The position numbers and the translations under genes are program-made. Below, in pieces: positions 54,160 through 63,375 of a DNA stretch of 64,000 nt. Positions within the stretch are counted from its first letter, which is position 1. Each line of letters opens with the position of its first letter. The stretch is from a virus, in the IMG/VR virus record IMGVR_UViG_3300025085_000010, positions 1 through 64,000 of that record. One strand, 5' to 3'. The notes beneath the pieces were generated by a model that saw only the letters and a program-made list of their open reading frames with translations, was not told the origin of the DNA and searched no databases.

Positions 54160-55855
54160 GAAAATTCGTTGGAAAAATTTTCTATCCACTGGTAATCAGT
54201 ATACTGAGATAGGATTTACACAACACCCAACAAATCTGATTATTGGAACTAATGGAGCTGGCAAGAGCACTTTACTTGATGCTCTCACCTTTTCTCTGTT
54301 TGGGAAACCATTTCGTAAAATCAACAAACCTCAACTAGTCAATTCAGTCAACGAGAAGGACTGTATTGTTGAGGTAGAGTTTTCTATTGGGAATACTAAT
54401 TGGAAAGTTGTTCGTGGTATCAAACCAAATGTTTTTGAGGTGCATCGTGATGGCACTCTTCTAGATCAGTCTGCAGCTGCACTTGATCAGCAGAAGTGGT
54501 TTGAGCAAAACGTCATCAAGATGAACTATAAATCTTTTACTCAAATTGTAATTCTTGGTAGTAGCACGTTTGTTCCTTTTATGCAACTGACTGCTACAAA
54601 TCGTAGAGATGTGATTGAGGATCTTCTTGATATTCGTATCTTCTCCTCTATGAATAATCTGATGAAGGATAAGATTCGTCAGGTCAAAGAGGATATTAAA
54701 GTTTTAGATCTTAAGAAAGAATCTTTGAGCGATAAAGTTAAGATGCAAACTAACTTTATTGAAGAGATTGAGAATAAGAGTCAGGAAGATATTGCCATCA
54801 AAGAAAAGAATATTGGTTATATCTTGAATGAAGAGAACAATTTGATGAATCATGGCGAGAGACTGAATGAGGAACTCATTTCTCTTGAAAAGAAACTTGA
54901 AAAGTATTCTGGAGCTACAGAGAAACTCCGTACACTGGGTAATCTGAAAGGTAAGATCTCTAATAAGGTAGCGACGATTACGAAGGAGCATAAATTCTTC
55001 ACACAAAATACGGTTTGTCCTACCTGTGATCAAGCGATTGAAGAGACCTTCAGAATAAATAGAATTACCGACGCTCAAAATAAAGCAAAAGAGTTGCAAT
55101 CCGGTTATAAAGAACTGGAACAGGCGATTAATAAGGAAGAAGAGCGAGAGCGTCAATTCACCACTCTATCGAAGGAGATTACTACCCTAACACATGGCAT
55201 TTCTCAAAACAATATTAAGATCGCTGGATGTCAACGACAGGTCAGAGATCTGGAATCGGAAATTCAAAGAGTTACCGATAACCTTGCAAATAGAACTACT
55301 GAGAATGACAAGTTAGCAACCTTCAAGGATAATCTAAAAACTACATACGACGAACTCGTTCAACGTAAGGACACGATCAACTATTACGATTTTTCGTATA
55401 GTTTACTTAAAGACGGTGGAGTCAAATCTAAAATCATCAAGAAGTATTTGCCGCTGATAAATCAGCAAGTCAATAAGTACTTGCAACTTATGGACTTCTA
55501 TATTAACTTCTCTCTTGATGAGGAATTTAACGAAACCGTCCAGTCCCCAATTCACGACAATTTTTCTTATTCTTCTTTCAGCGAGGGAGAGAAGATGAGA
55601 ATCGACCTGGCCCTACTCTTCACTTGGCGTGAAGTGGCACGGATGAAGAATTCTGTAAATACAAATCTACTTATTATGGATGAAGTGTTTGACAGTTCTC
55701 TTGACGGATTTGGAACAGAAGAATTTTTAAAGATCATTCGGTTCGTTATCAAGGATGCGAATATCTTTGTTATCTCTCATAAGGAATCTTTGCACGATAA
55801 GTTTGCAGATGTGATTCGATTTGATAAGGTGAAAGGATTTAGTAGGATGGTTTGA
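54146..55855 (+). CDS. gp46: Recombination ATPase subunit gp46 (Rad50/SbcC-like)
   Basis: KNFLSTGN, GTNGAGKST, zinc hook CPTC, signature FSEGEK and Walker B LIMDEVFD. Confidence 0.97.
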   Translation: MILFEKIRWKNFLSTGNQYTEIGFTQHPTNLIIGTNGAGKSTLLDALTFSLFGKPFRKINKPQLVNSVNEKDCIVEVEFSIGNTNWKVVRGIKPNVFEVHRDGTLLDQSAAALDQQKWFEQNVIKMNYKSFTQIVILGSSTFVPFMQLTATNRRDVIEDLLDIRIFSSMNNLMKDKIRQVKEDIKVLDLKKESLSDKVKMQTNFIEEIENKSQEDIAIKEKNIGYILNEENNLMNHGERLNEELISLEKKLEKYSGATEKLRTLGNLKGKISNKVATITKEHKFFTQNTVCPTCDQAIEETFRINRITDAQNKAKELQSGYKELEQAINKEEERERQFTTLSKEITTLTHGISQNNIKIAGCQRQVRDLESEIQRVTDNLANRTTENDKLATFKDNLKTTYDELVQRKDTINYYDFSYSLLKDGGVKSKIIKKYLPLINQQVNKYLQLMDFYINFSLDEEFNETVQSPIHDNFSYSSFSEGEKMRIDLALLFTWREVARMKNSVNTNLLIMDEVFDSSLDGFGTEEFLKIIRFVIKDANIFVISHKESLHDKFADVIRFDKVKGFSRMV

Positions 55856-56481
55856 TGCCGACATTTGTACATAAGGAAACGGGAAAGAAAATATTCTTCG
55901 CGCATATTCCTAGAACAGCAGGAAGATTTGTAGAAGCTAATCTGTTAGAAAATGGGTTTGATTGGGGTGATAGTCACCTTGATACTGGGTTAGGCGTGAT
56001 GTCTGTTGTGAATAATATTGAGATAGCACACTATCATCGCAAGTATTATCAAAAGTATTTGAATGTAGAAGAAGATACCCCTCAGTTCTCTATTGTTAGA
56101 AATCCTCTCACTCGATTTATTTCTGGCTCAATTTATCTAAAGAGAACATACGGTAACGATATACAATCGCAGATGGAAGATCCTATGTTGTTTGGGTCGA
56201 TGATACAAAATCTTCCTTTTGAAGGATCATGGAATTGGTATCGACCACAAGTAGATTTCTTGAGCAATCAAACTCACATTTGGAAATTTGAAAATAAGAT
56301 TGGAGATGAGTTTGCTGTTTGGTTAAGTGATATCATCGGCATTAATTTAAAGTTTGATGATAAGGTAGAGTATCCAAAATCTCATGATGAAGGAAATAAA
56401 TTAAAGATGTCTCCTGCTTTGGAGGTAAATATTAGAGGTGCCTATAATAAAGACTTTGAAGTATTGTATCAAAATAGATAA
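55855..56481 (+). CDS. Sulfotransferase-family protein (Sulfotransfer_2-like)
   Basis: FFAHIPRTAGR (5'-PSB-like), FSIVRNPLTRFISG (3'-PB-like), RPQVDFL and Y.KDFE.L. Confidence 0.75.
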   Translation: MPTFVHKETGKKIFFAHIPRTAGRFVEANLLENGFDWGDSHLDTGLGVMSVVNNIEIAHYHRKYYQKYLNVEEDTPQFSIVRNPLTRFISGSIYLKRTYGNDIQSQMEDPMLFGSMIQNLPFEGSWNWYRPQVDFLSNQTHIWKFENKIGDEFAVWLSDIIGINLKFDDKVEYPKSHDEGNKLKMSPALEVNIRGAYNKDFEVLYQNR

Positions 56482-56608
56482 AACATATTAAATATAACGC
56501 TAACTTCATTAAGTTAGCATACGCTGACTATATAATATAGAATTGAGAGAGAATCTTATGTAACGAAAGTCTCGTTGTTATTTCTCGATTGTATTATTAG
56601 GAGACATT

Positions 56609-56791
56609 ATGCACAATCTCATTTCACACAATCAATTAGCGGGTTGGAAACTAAGCGTTGAACGGTTGAATCATACATTAGACAAAGCGATGGATGAATC
56701 AGATGTTTTAAACGATTACTATAACTGTTTAATTGAGTGTGATGATGATCAGTCTACCTGTAAACGAGTTTGTAGGAGCATTCTTTCATAA
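56609..56791 (+). CDS. Small twin-CX3C Cys-rich protein (60 aa)
   Basis: SD AGGAG. C-terminal YYNCLIECDDDQSTCKRVC. Confidence 0.8.
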   Translation: MHNLISHNQLAGWKLSVERLNHTLDKAMDESDVLNDYYNCLIECDDDQSTCKRVCRSILS

Positions 56792-56798
56792 CCAACCA

Positions 56799-56857
56799 TA
56801 GACACTTAAGAAACTGTCACTGAGGGCCCTCACCGAAAGGTGGGGGTTTAGTATTAT
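56799..56857 (+). promoter_or_regulatory. Early-type promoter with upstream box and nested hairpin
   Basis: TAGACACT-N5-AACTGTCAC (56799-56820), and TATTAT (56852-56857) 31 bp later, the same spacing as at 146-204. Confidence 0.65.
56827..56850 (+). terminator. Terminator-like GNRA hairpin
   Basis: CCCTCACC-GAAA-GGTGGGGG followed by TTTA, 35 bp after the stop at 56791. Confidence 0.65.
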
Positions 56858-56880
56858 GGGTACATACAAGAGAAACCACC

Positions 56881-59016
56881 ATGGCAGTCAAGCACGAAAT
56901 CAAATCCCAACTTGCTAAACTGCTTGCTACTGAAGACTTGATCGTGGAGCACAAGCAAGTGCAGACCGCTTGCTTCAACGTCCACACCCGTGTCCTGACC
57001 CTTCCTATGTGGGAGAAGGCAAGCAACACCGTCTATGACCTGCTGGTGGGACATGAGGTTGGCCATGCACTCTTTACTCCTGATGAGAACTGGTTAGAGA
57101 AGGTTGCAGTTCCTCCCCAGTTTGTGAACGTGGTTGAGGATGCGCGAATTGAGAAACTGATGAAGCGCAAATATGCCGGACTAGCAAAAACTTTCTACCA
57201 TGGGTACAAGGAATTACAAGCAGAAGACTTTTTCTCTATATCTGACAGCAGTATTGCTGATCTTAATCTTGCTGATCGTGCAAATCTATACTTTAAGGTC
57301 GGTAATTTTGTAGATATTTCTTTTGATTCTGAAGAGAAAGTATTGATTCAGAAAATCGCAGATGTAGAAACATTTGATGATGCGTTAAGAGTTGCTGAAG
57401 AATTATATCTTTATTGTAAGAAAGAAAAAGAAGAGAAAGTAACTGATATGCCTATGCCACCTAATGAGATGGGTGGTGAATCTGAACAACCTGCAAATGA
57501 ACCAGTACAGGAGCAGCAGGAATCTGCTGGAGAGGGTGCTGGTGACTTTATGACTCATGAGGAGATGCTTGAGGAAGCAGCACGTAGAGAGACTGGTGCT
57601 CCTCTTAAAGATGAACCAGAGGTGCAGACTGCTGATGCTCTAGAATCAAATCTGCAAGATCTTGTAGACACTGATAGTCGTGAGAATGTATACGTGGAGA
57701 TCCCTAAAGTTGATCTGAAGTATATTATTGCCAAGAACGATGATATCCATAAAGATATTGATGCTTGGTTTAATCATCAGAAGAATAACTGTTCTCTAGG
57801 TATTTTTGAGATAGCTGATGAAGAGTTTGTTAAGTTCAAACGTAATGCACAGAAAGAAGTTAACTATCTGGTGAAAGAGTTTGAGTGTCGCAAGGCAGCA
57901 GATTCCTATGCCCGTGCTACCACTGCTCGTACAGGCATTCTTGATACTTCTAAACTGCATACCTACAAGTACAACGAAGATCTATTCAGGAAAGTCTCTG
58001 TGATTCCTGATGGTAAGAACCATGGACTGATCTTTGTTCTTGACTGGAGTGGTTCTATGAGCCGTGTGATGCTTGACACAATCAAGCAACTCTATAATCT
58101 GATCTGGTTCTGTAAGAAAGTCTCCATTCCTTTTGAGGTGTATGCTTTCACGAATGAGTGGAAGAAACCTGAAATCAATTATGAAACTAATGAACTTGTG
58201 AAATCTGCAGACTGGACTTCTTCTTATGTGAAGAAAGAAAATCTCCTTGCTGTTCATGAGCAGTTCTCTATGATGAATCTTCTGACCAGCAAAACAAATG
58301 GTAAGCAACTAGAACATCAGTTGATTAACATCTGGCGTATTGCAAAATCCTTCAGTAATTTCTACGGATCTCCTTATTCTGTTCCTACTCGTTTGGGTCT
58401 GTCTGGCACTCCTCTAAATGAAGCATTTGTGTGTCTTCACCAGATCCTTCCTCAGTTCCAGAAGCAGAACAAACTGCAGAAGGTTCAGTGTATTGCCTTG
58501 ACCGATGGTGAAGCAAATCATCTTTGTCGCCATGTTGAAGTACAGCGTCGTTGGGAAGATGAACCTTACATGGGAACTCGTCAGTTGTCTGGTGGTGTTA
58601 CTTTCCTTCGGGATCGTAAGACTGGCAATACCTACCAGGTTCCCTATGGTTATCACGGATTCTCTGACTTGATGCTACAGAATCTACGTGATAACTTTCC
58701 GTCTGTAAATTTTGTGGGTATTCGTGTTCTTGAGGGTCGCGATGCAAACCATTTCATGAAATTGTATTATGATCAGAATTCTAATGAGTTCCGTAAGATT
58801 CAAAGTGAATGGAAAAAGCAGAGGAGTTGTATTATTAAGACCTCTGGTTATCATGCATACTTTGCGATATCTGCTGCTTCTCTATCTCAAGATGCAGACT
58901 TTGAAGTTGATGATGGTGCAACCAAAGCAAAGATTAAGTCTGCATTCATCAAGTCTCTTAAGACTAAGAAACTAAATAAGAAGGTTCTTGGTGAATTTAT
59001 TTCTCTAGTAGCATGA
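56881..59016 (+). CDS. CobT-like protein: N-terminal HExxH domain plus C-terminal vWA (MIDAS) domain
   Basis: HEVGH...NVVEDARIE, LIFVLDWSGSM, GTPL and LTDGE. Partner of the downstream MoxR ATPase. Confidence 0.85.
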   Translation: MAVKHEIKSQLAKLLATEDLIVEHKQVQTACFNVHTRVLTLPMWEKASNTVYDLLVGHEVGHALFTPDENWLEKVAVPPQFVNVVEDARIEKLMKRKYAGLAKTFYHGYKELQAEDFFSISDSSIADLNLADRANLYFKVGNFVDISFDSEEKVLIQKIADVETFDDALRVAEELYLYCKKEKEEKVTDMPMPPNEMGGESEQPANEPVQEQQESAGEGAGDFMTHEEMLEEAARRETGAPLKDEPEVQTADALESNLQDLVDTDSRENVYVEIPKVDLKYIIAKNDDIHKDIDAWFNHQKNNCSLGIFEIADEEFVKFKRNAQKEVNYLVKEFECRKAADSYARATTARTGILDTSKLHTYKYNEDLFRKVSVIPDGKNHGLIFVLDWSGSMSRVMLDTIKQLYNLIWFCKKVSIPFEVYAFTNEWKKPEINYETNELVKSADWTSSYVKKENLLAVHEQFSMMNLLTSKTNGKQLEHQLINIWRIAKSFSNFYGSPYSVPTRLGLSGTPLNEAFVCLHQILPQFQKQNKLQKVQCIALTDGEANHLCRHVEVQRRWEDEPYMGTRQLSGGVTFLRDRKTGNTYQVPYGYHGFSDLMLQNLRDNFPSVNFVGIRVLEGRDANHFMKLYYDQNSNEFRKIQSEWKKQRSCIIKTSGYHAYFAISAASLSQDADFEVDDGATKAKIKSAFIKSLKTKKLNKKVLGEFISLVA

Positions 59017-59159
59017 CAAAAGAAAATTGGAGAGAAATTGCAAAGGCATCTGAAAAGGACCCTAAGGTGATTAAAATCCTTGAGGATGGTCCTAGATCTC
59101 TTGGTCAGGCATATCTACTCCAAGCCATGCGATACAAGTATGGACAGTCTGGAAAGTGA
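59013..59159 (+). CDS. Small hypothetical protein (48 aa, MTKENWREIAKASEKDPKVIKILEDGPRSL...)
   Basis: Read manually: ATGA overlap with the upstream stop, TGA at 59157-59159. Confidence 0.7.
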   Translation: MTKENWREIAKASEKDPKVIKILEDGPRSLGQAYLLQAMRYKYGQSGK

Positions 59160-59198
59160 CACGCGGGGGGTTTGAGACCTCCCTTTTTCGTTTATAAT
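59141..59198 (+). promoter_or_regulatory. Early-type promoter with upstream box and nested terminator-like hairpin
   Basis: TGGACAGT-N5-AAGTGACAC (59141-59162), hairpin GGGGGG-tttgaga-CCTCCC followed by TTTTT, and TATAAT (59193-59198). Confidence 0.7.
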
Positions 59199-59220
59199 AA
59201 CTTCAGTTCAAACAAACCAC

Positions 59221-60285
59221 ATGTCCCTCTCACCTGAGTTCATTCGCACTTCCCTTCAGGGATTGTATGGTGAGTCTGTTGCTGCTGCTGATATTCGTGC
59301 CTGGTGTGCTATGAATGGTGCGAACTATCAAACTGTCACCAACAAACTTACTGATTACAAAACTAGTCGTGGAAAGTGGAACTTGACCGTACAAGAAAAA
59401 CTAGAGCAAACCTATCAGGCACCAACTGCTATGCCTGCCGTTGAACAAAACCTTATTCCTGCAAAAGATGATACCTTCGTCAGCTTTGGTAACTTCGCTG
59501 ATGTTAAAAAGATTATTAAGTCCAATCTATTTTATCCTACGTTCATTACGGGTCTTTCAGGTAATGGTAAGACGTTCTCTGTGGAGCAAGCATGTGCTCA
59601 ATTGGGTAGAGAACTTATCCGAGTCAACATTACAGTAGAAACCGATGAAGATGATCTTATTGGCGGTTTCCGTCTTGTTGGTGGAGAAACCGTTTGGCAC
59701 AACGGACCAGTTATCGAAGCACTGCAACGGGGTGCTGTGCTGCTCCTTGATGAGATCGACCTTGCCTCAAACAAAATTCTCTGTCTTCAATCTATTCTCG
59801 AAGGAAAAGGAGTTTTCCTCAAGAAGATTGGCAAATGGGTTACTCCCGCAGAAGGTTTCCAAGTATTCGCAACCGCAAATACCAAAGGTAAAGGTTCCGA
59901 CGATGGAAGATTCATCGGAACTAACGTGCTCAACGAAGCATTCCTTGAGCGATTCCCTGTGACCTTTGAGCAAGAGTATCCTGCTGCTGTCACAGAACAG
60001 AAGATCCTTGGTAAGATTTGTGAGGATGCAGATTTCTGTAAGCGTCTCTCTGACTGGGCTGACATCATCCGCAAGACCTTCTATGATGGTGGTATTGAGG
60101 AGATCATCAGCACCCGTCGTTTGGTCCATATCGTGAAGGCATACAGTATTTTTGGAGACAAGGCAAAGGCAATTCAAGTTTGTGTAAATCGTTTTGATGA
60201 TGAGACAAAACAAGCATTCCTTGAATTGTATGATAAAGTTGACGCAGACTTCGTGATGCCCGTTGACGAAACCCCTACAATTTGA
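59221..60285 (+). CDS. cobS: CobS-like / MoxR-family AAA+ ATPase
   Basis: GLSGNGKT, TDEDDLIGG, LLLDEID, ATANTKGKG, LNEAFLERF and ISTRRL. Confidence 0.9.
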   Translation: MSLSPEFIRTSLQGLYGESVAAADIRAWCAMNGANYQTVTNKLTDYKTSRGKWNLTVQEKLEQTYQAPTAMPAVEQNLIPAKDDTFVSFGNFADVKKIIKSNLFYPTFITGLSGNGKTFSVEQACAQLGRELIRVNITVETDEDDLIGGFRLVGGETVWHNGPVIEALQRGAVLLLDEIDLASNKILCLQSILEGKGVFLKKIGKWVTPAEGFQVFATANTKGKGSDDGRFIGTNVLNEAFLERFPVTFEQEYPAAVTEQKILGKICEDADFCKRLSDWADIIRKTFYDGGIEEIISTRRLVHIVKAYSIFGDKAKAIQVCVNRFDDETKQAFLELYDKVDADFVMPVDETPTI

Positions 60286-60291
60286 TATAAT
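60263..60291 (+). promoter_or_regulatory. sigma70-type promoter for clamp/clamp-loader operon
   Basis: TTGACG (60263-60268), 17 bp, TATAAT (60286-60291) preceded by TGn. Confidence 0.8.
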
Positions 60292-60292
60292 T

Positions 60293-60883
60293 ATGACGAA
60301 CTCTTGGAGTCTACTTTACGATACGATGACTGAACATTCAAAGTATTATTATGATTATGATCGTAATGATCCAAACAGAGAAAACCCATTTGTAGAAGAT
60401 CAAAGTTTTTGGGAAGAGGATGGATTTAGTTTGACTGGTAATCCGATGGCAGCTCAAGATACCATTTGTATGGGATCAGGATCTGATACGATTACCTTTG
60501 GTGCTGCTCAATCAGTTCCTATGGATTATCTCTCCCTTGGTGGCGAAGACCACATTACCTTTGATCTAACTATGGATAAAAAATCCGAATCTAATAATAG
60601 ACAGAAGTATAGTGAAGATGTAATTATTAAAGAACTGAAAGACTATATCACTAGAACATATGACCAGCACTATTCTGCTGGAGATGATAAGATTCAAACC
60701 TTGGATCTTATTGAAGCTTGTGGTGATGGTGAGGCATTCTGTCGCAGCAACATCCTCAAGTATGCCTCTCGTTACGATAAGAAAGGCACTGCACGTCGTG
60801 ACATTATGAAGATTCTGCATTATGCTGTGCTTCTGATGCATTTCAACGATAAGAATGCACAACGTGAAACCTACCCCCAGTGA
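60293..60883 (+). CDS. DUF3310-like (T7 gp1.7-type nucleotide kinase-like) protein
   Basis: C-terminal YI..TY.QHY.....IQTLDLI......AFCRSNILKYASRY.KKG...DI.K..HY. Start uncertain (60293 or 60326); the track's TTG 60263 coincides with the -35 box. Confidence 0.7.
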   Translation: MTNSWSLLYDTMTEHSKYYYDYDRNDPNRENPFVEDQSFWEEDGFSLTGNPMAAQDTICMGSGSDTITFGAAQSVPMDYLSLGGEDHITFDLTMDKKSESNNRQKYSEDVIIKELKDYITRTYDQHYSAGDDKIQTLDLIEACGDGEAFCRSNILKYASRYDKKGTARRDIMKILHYAVLLMHFNDKNAQRETYPQ

Positions 60884-61569
60884 AACTGAGACCTTCTAAT
60901 ACTATGAAACTGTCCGATAAAACTATCTCTGTCCTGAAGAACTTTTCTTCGATCAACCAATCGATTCTCTTTAAGGAGGGTAGTAAACTTCGCACTATTA
61001 GTGTGATGAAAAACATCCTTGCAGAGGCAACTGTTACTGAAGAGTTCATGAAGGATTTTGGTATCTATGATCTTAACCAATTCCTTAATGGTTTGAGTCT
61101 GCACTCTAGTCCTGAACTTGACTTCCAAAATGATGGATATGTGATGATCCGTGAAGGTAAATCACGTTCTAAGTATTTCTTTGCAGATCCTAACGTGATT
61201 GTTACTCCTCCTGAGAAAGACATTACTCTCCCTTCTGAAGATGTTTGCTTTGAAGTGAGCACCGATCAATTGGAGAAATTGCTTAAGGCATCGGCTGTGT
61301 ACCAATTGCCAGATCTTTCTGCTGTTGGTGATAATGGTGTTGTTAAACTTGTTGTTCGCGACAAGAAGAATGATACCTCTAATGACTATGCTGTAGTCGT
61401 TGGTGAGACTGAAGCAACATTCTCTTTCAACTTCAAAGTTGAGAACATCAAAGTCCTTCCTGGAACTTATGAAGTGGTCGTGTCACAAAAACTTTTGTCA
61501 CGATTTACCTCTAAGAACCATGATCTGACTTATTATATTGCTCTAGAGCCTGATTCTACTTTCGGATGA
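60880..61569 (+). CDS. gp45: Sliding clamp gp45
   Basis: MKLSDKT..VLKNFSSINQSI, FGIYDLNQFL and YYIALEPDS. Confidence 0.96.
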   Translation: MKLRPSNTMKLSDKTISVLKNFSSINQSILFKEGSKLRTISVMKNILAEATVTEEFMKDFGIYDLNQFLNGLSLHSSPELDFQNDGYVMIREGKSRSKYFFADPNVIVTPPEKDITLPSEDVCFEVSTDQLEKLLKASAVYQLPDLSAVGDNGVVKLVVRDKKNDTSNDYAVVVGETEATFSFNFKVENIKVLPGTYEVVVSQKLLSRFTSKNHDLTYYIALEPDSTFG

Positions 61570-62093
61570 ACATCTTTGTGACCTCTCCCAGTCCTTGGGA
61601 GTCTGCCAGGGTTCTCCCTGACAAGCACATCGTCAAGATGCCCCTAGAGACCTGTCAGATGCTTGCTATTGTATGCTCTGACAAGTGGGGTCATAACTTC
61701 GGCACTCTTCCTAGAGCAGATGGTACTCCCTATGCTACTGAGAAGGGTGCTTTTCGTAATCACCCTTGCACTATCTGGGCAAATGAGTTTGTGATTAACT
61801 GGCAGTGGCTTCTTGCTCATGGACTTGCTATGTGTGATGAGTATACTGCTCGTTATGGTAAGGTTCACACTTGCCAGAAGACGCTTCTAGCAGCAAAGGA
61901 GATACTTCCTACCGCAGACCCTCAAGGTCGCAGTGGAAAGGATACAACACCCTTTGTCTTTGCAGGACCTGATGAGTTCAAGTTAGATACTTCAATATCC
62001 ATCTTTGAAAAATATAAGATGTATATTGCATCTAAACCATGGGTATGTGATAATTATCTTCGTATCCCAGATCGTAAACCTGAGTGGGTGTAA
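61566..62093 (+). CDS. Pyrimidine-dimer DNA glycosylase (DenV-like family) homologue
   Basis: MNIFV....P..SA..LPDKHIVKMPLE.CQML, HPCT.W and EY..RYGK.H.C. Confidence 0.7.
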   Translation: MNIFVTSPSPWESARVLPDKHIVKMPLETCQMLAIVCSDKWGHNFGTLPRADGTPYATEKGAFRNHPCTIWANEFVINWQWLLAHGLAMCDEYTARYGKVHTCQKTLLAAKEILPTADPQGRSGKDTTPFVFAGPDEFKLDTSISIFEKYKMYIASKPWVCDNYLRIPDRKPEWV

Positions 62094-62428
62094 TGAAACA
62101 TATTCTTTTTACCTTGAAAGGATGTCCATTTGATTTACTTGATGATAAAGAGTTTATACGAATGGTTTTGTTCAGAGCATCAAAAGAATGCAAATCAACA
62201 CTGCTTGATTTGACAGTACATAAGTTTGAACCACAAGGTGTAACTGGAATTGCTATGCTTGCTGAGAGTCATCTCAGCATCCATACTTGGCCAGAGAATG
62301 GCATGGCAGTTTGTGATGTCTTTACTTGTGGGGATACTGCTATACCTGAAAATGGTGTAGAATATATGAAAGAACAATTGAAGGCAACTGATATTGTGTC
62401 TCATGAATTTGTTCGACCTTTGGAATGA
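62093..62428 (+). CDS. speD: Pyruvoyl-dependent S-adenosylmethionine decarboxylase proenzyme family
   Basis: HKFEPQGVT...LAESHLSIHTWPE...A.CDVFTCG, including the E|S self-cleavage site. TAATG coupling with the upstream gene. Confidence 0.92.
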   Translation: MKHILFTLKGCPFDLLDDKEFIRMVLFRASKECKSTLLDLTVHKFEPQGVTGIAMLAESHLSIHTWPENGMAVCDVFTCGDTAIPENGVEYMKEQLKATDIVSHEFVRPLE

Positions 62429-63375
62429 TTATGCGTAATGAATTTTTGTGGGTAGAAAAATATCGCCCCAAAACTATTGAAGATTGTATTTTACCAACAA
62501 ATATTAAGAAGACTTTCCTAGACTTCCTAGATAAAGGTGAGATACCTAACATGCTGCTCGCAGGTCCTGCAGGGTGTGGTAAAACAACTGTCGCTAAAGC
62601 ACTCTGTAACCAACTAGGGGTAGATGTATATGTCATCAACGGATCCGATGAGGGACGCTTTCTTGATACGGTCAGAAATACTGCAAAGAATTTCGCTTCG
62701 ACCGTCTCACTTCAAGCAACTGGCAAACACAAAGTCATCATCATCGATGAGGCTGATAACACAACAAACGACGTACAACTCTTACTTAGGGCGTTTACAG
62801 AGGAGTTTTCTGGAAACTGCAGATTCATCTTTACCTGCAATTTCAAAAACAAAATTATCGAACCTCTCCACAGCAGATGCGCCTGTATTGATTTTTCAAC
62901 CAACTCCAAAAGCAAACCTCAACTTGCCGCCCTCTTCTTCAAAAGACTCCAAGAAATCTTGGCTACAGAATCTATTGAATATGATAACAAGGTCCTGGTA
63001 GAATTAATCAACAAACACTTCCCTGATTGGCGACGTGTTCTGAATGAATGCCAACGCTACTCTGTCAGTGGTAAAATTGACTCTGGTATTCTTGCAACCT
63101 TTAGTGATGTAAAAGTAAATGACCTGGTTAAGAAACTTAAGGAGAAAGATTTTCCCGAAGTACGTAAATGGGTTGTCAATAACCTGGACAACGATACTTC
63201 TGTCCTACTGCGTCGTATTTACGATGCTTGTTATGATTCCATGGTTCCGAATAGTATTCCTGCTGCTGTGCTTACTCTTGCTAAGTATCAGTATCAAATG
63301 GCGTTTGTGGCGGATCAAGAAATAAATATGCTTGCTTGTCTAACTGAAATTATGGTGGAGTGTGAATTCAAATGA
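62425..63375 (+). CDS. gp44: Clamp loader large subunit gp44
   Basis: LWVEKYRP, GPAGCGKTT, IIIDEAD, PLHSRC and FPDWRR. Confidence 0.97.
   Translation: MIMRNEFLWVEKYRPKTIEDCILPTNIKKTFLDFLDKGEIPNMLLAGPAGCGKTTVAKALCNQLGVDVYVINGSDEGRFLDTVRNTAKNFASTVSLQATGKHKVIIIDEADNTTNDVQLLLRAFTEEFSGNCRFIFTCNFKNKIIEPLHSRCACIDFSTNSKSKPQLAALFFKRLQEILATESIEYDNKVLVELINKHFPDWRRVLNECQRYSVSGKIDSGILATFSDVKVNDLVKKLKEKDFPEVRKWVVNNLDNDTSVLLRRIYDACYDSMVPNSIPAAVLTLAKYQYQMAFVADQEINMLACLTEIMVECEFK

Noticed and set aside
56485-56516. Possible Pho box (TTAA repeats)
   Set aside because: Half-sites are spaced 12 and 9 bp instead of 11, and the matches are poor.
56609-56791. Possible CP12 gene
   Set aside because: It lacks the CP12 C-terminal C-x8-C (YC..NP...EC..YD) signature; the cysteine spacing is CX3C-X6-CX3C.
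60263-60292. ORF-track TTG start at 60263
   Set aside because: It coincides with a -35 hexamer and overlaps the cobS end; a downstream ATG is more plausible.
36837-63375. Inteins, introns or homing endonucleases in gp17, gp20, gp23, uvsW, gp46 or gp44
   Set aside because: All are uninterrupted and of normal length, and I saw no splice-junction or LAGLIDADG/HNH/GIY-YIG motifs.
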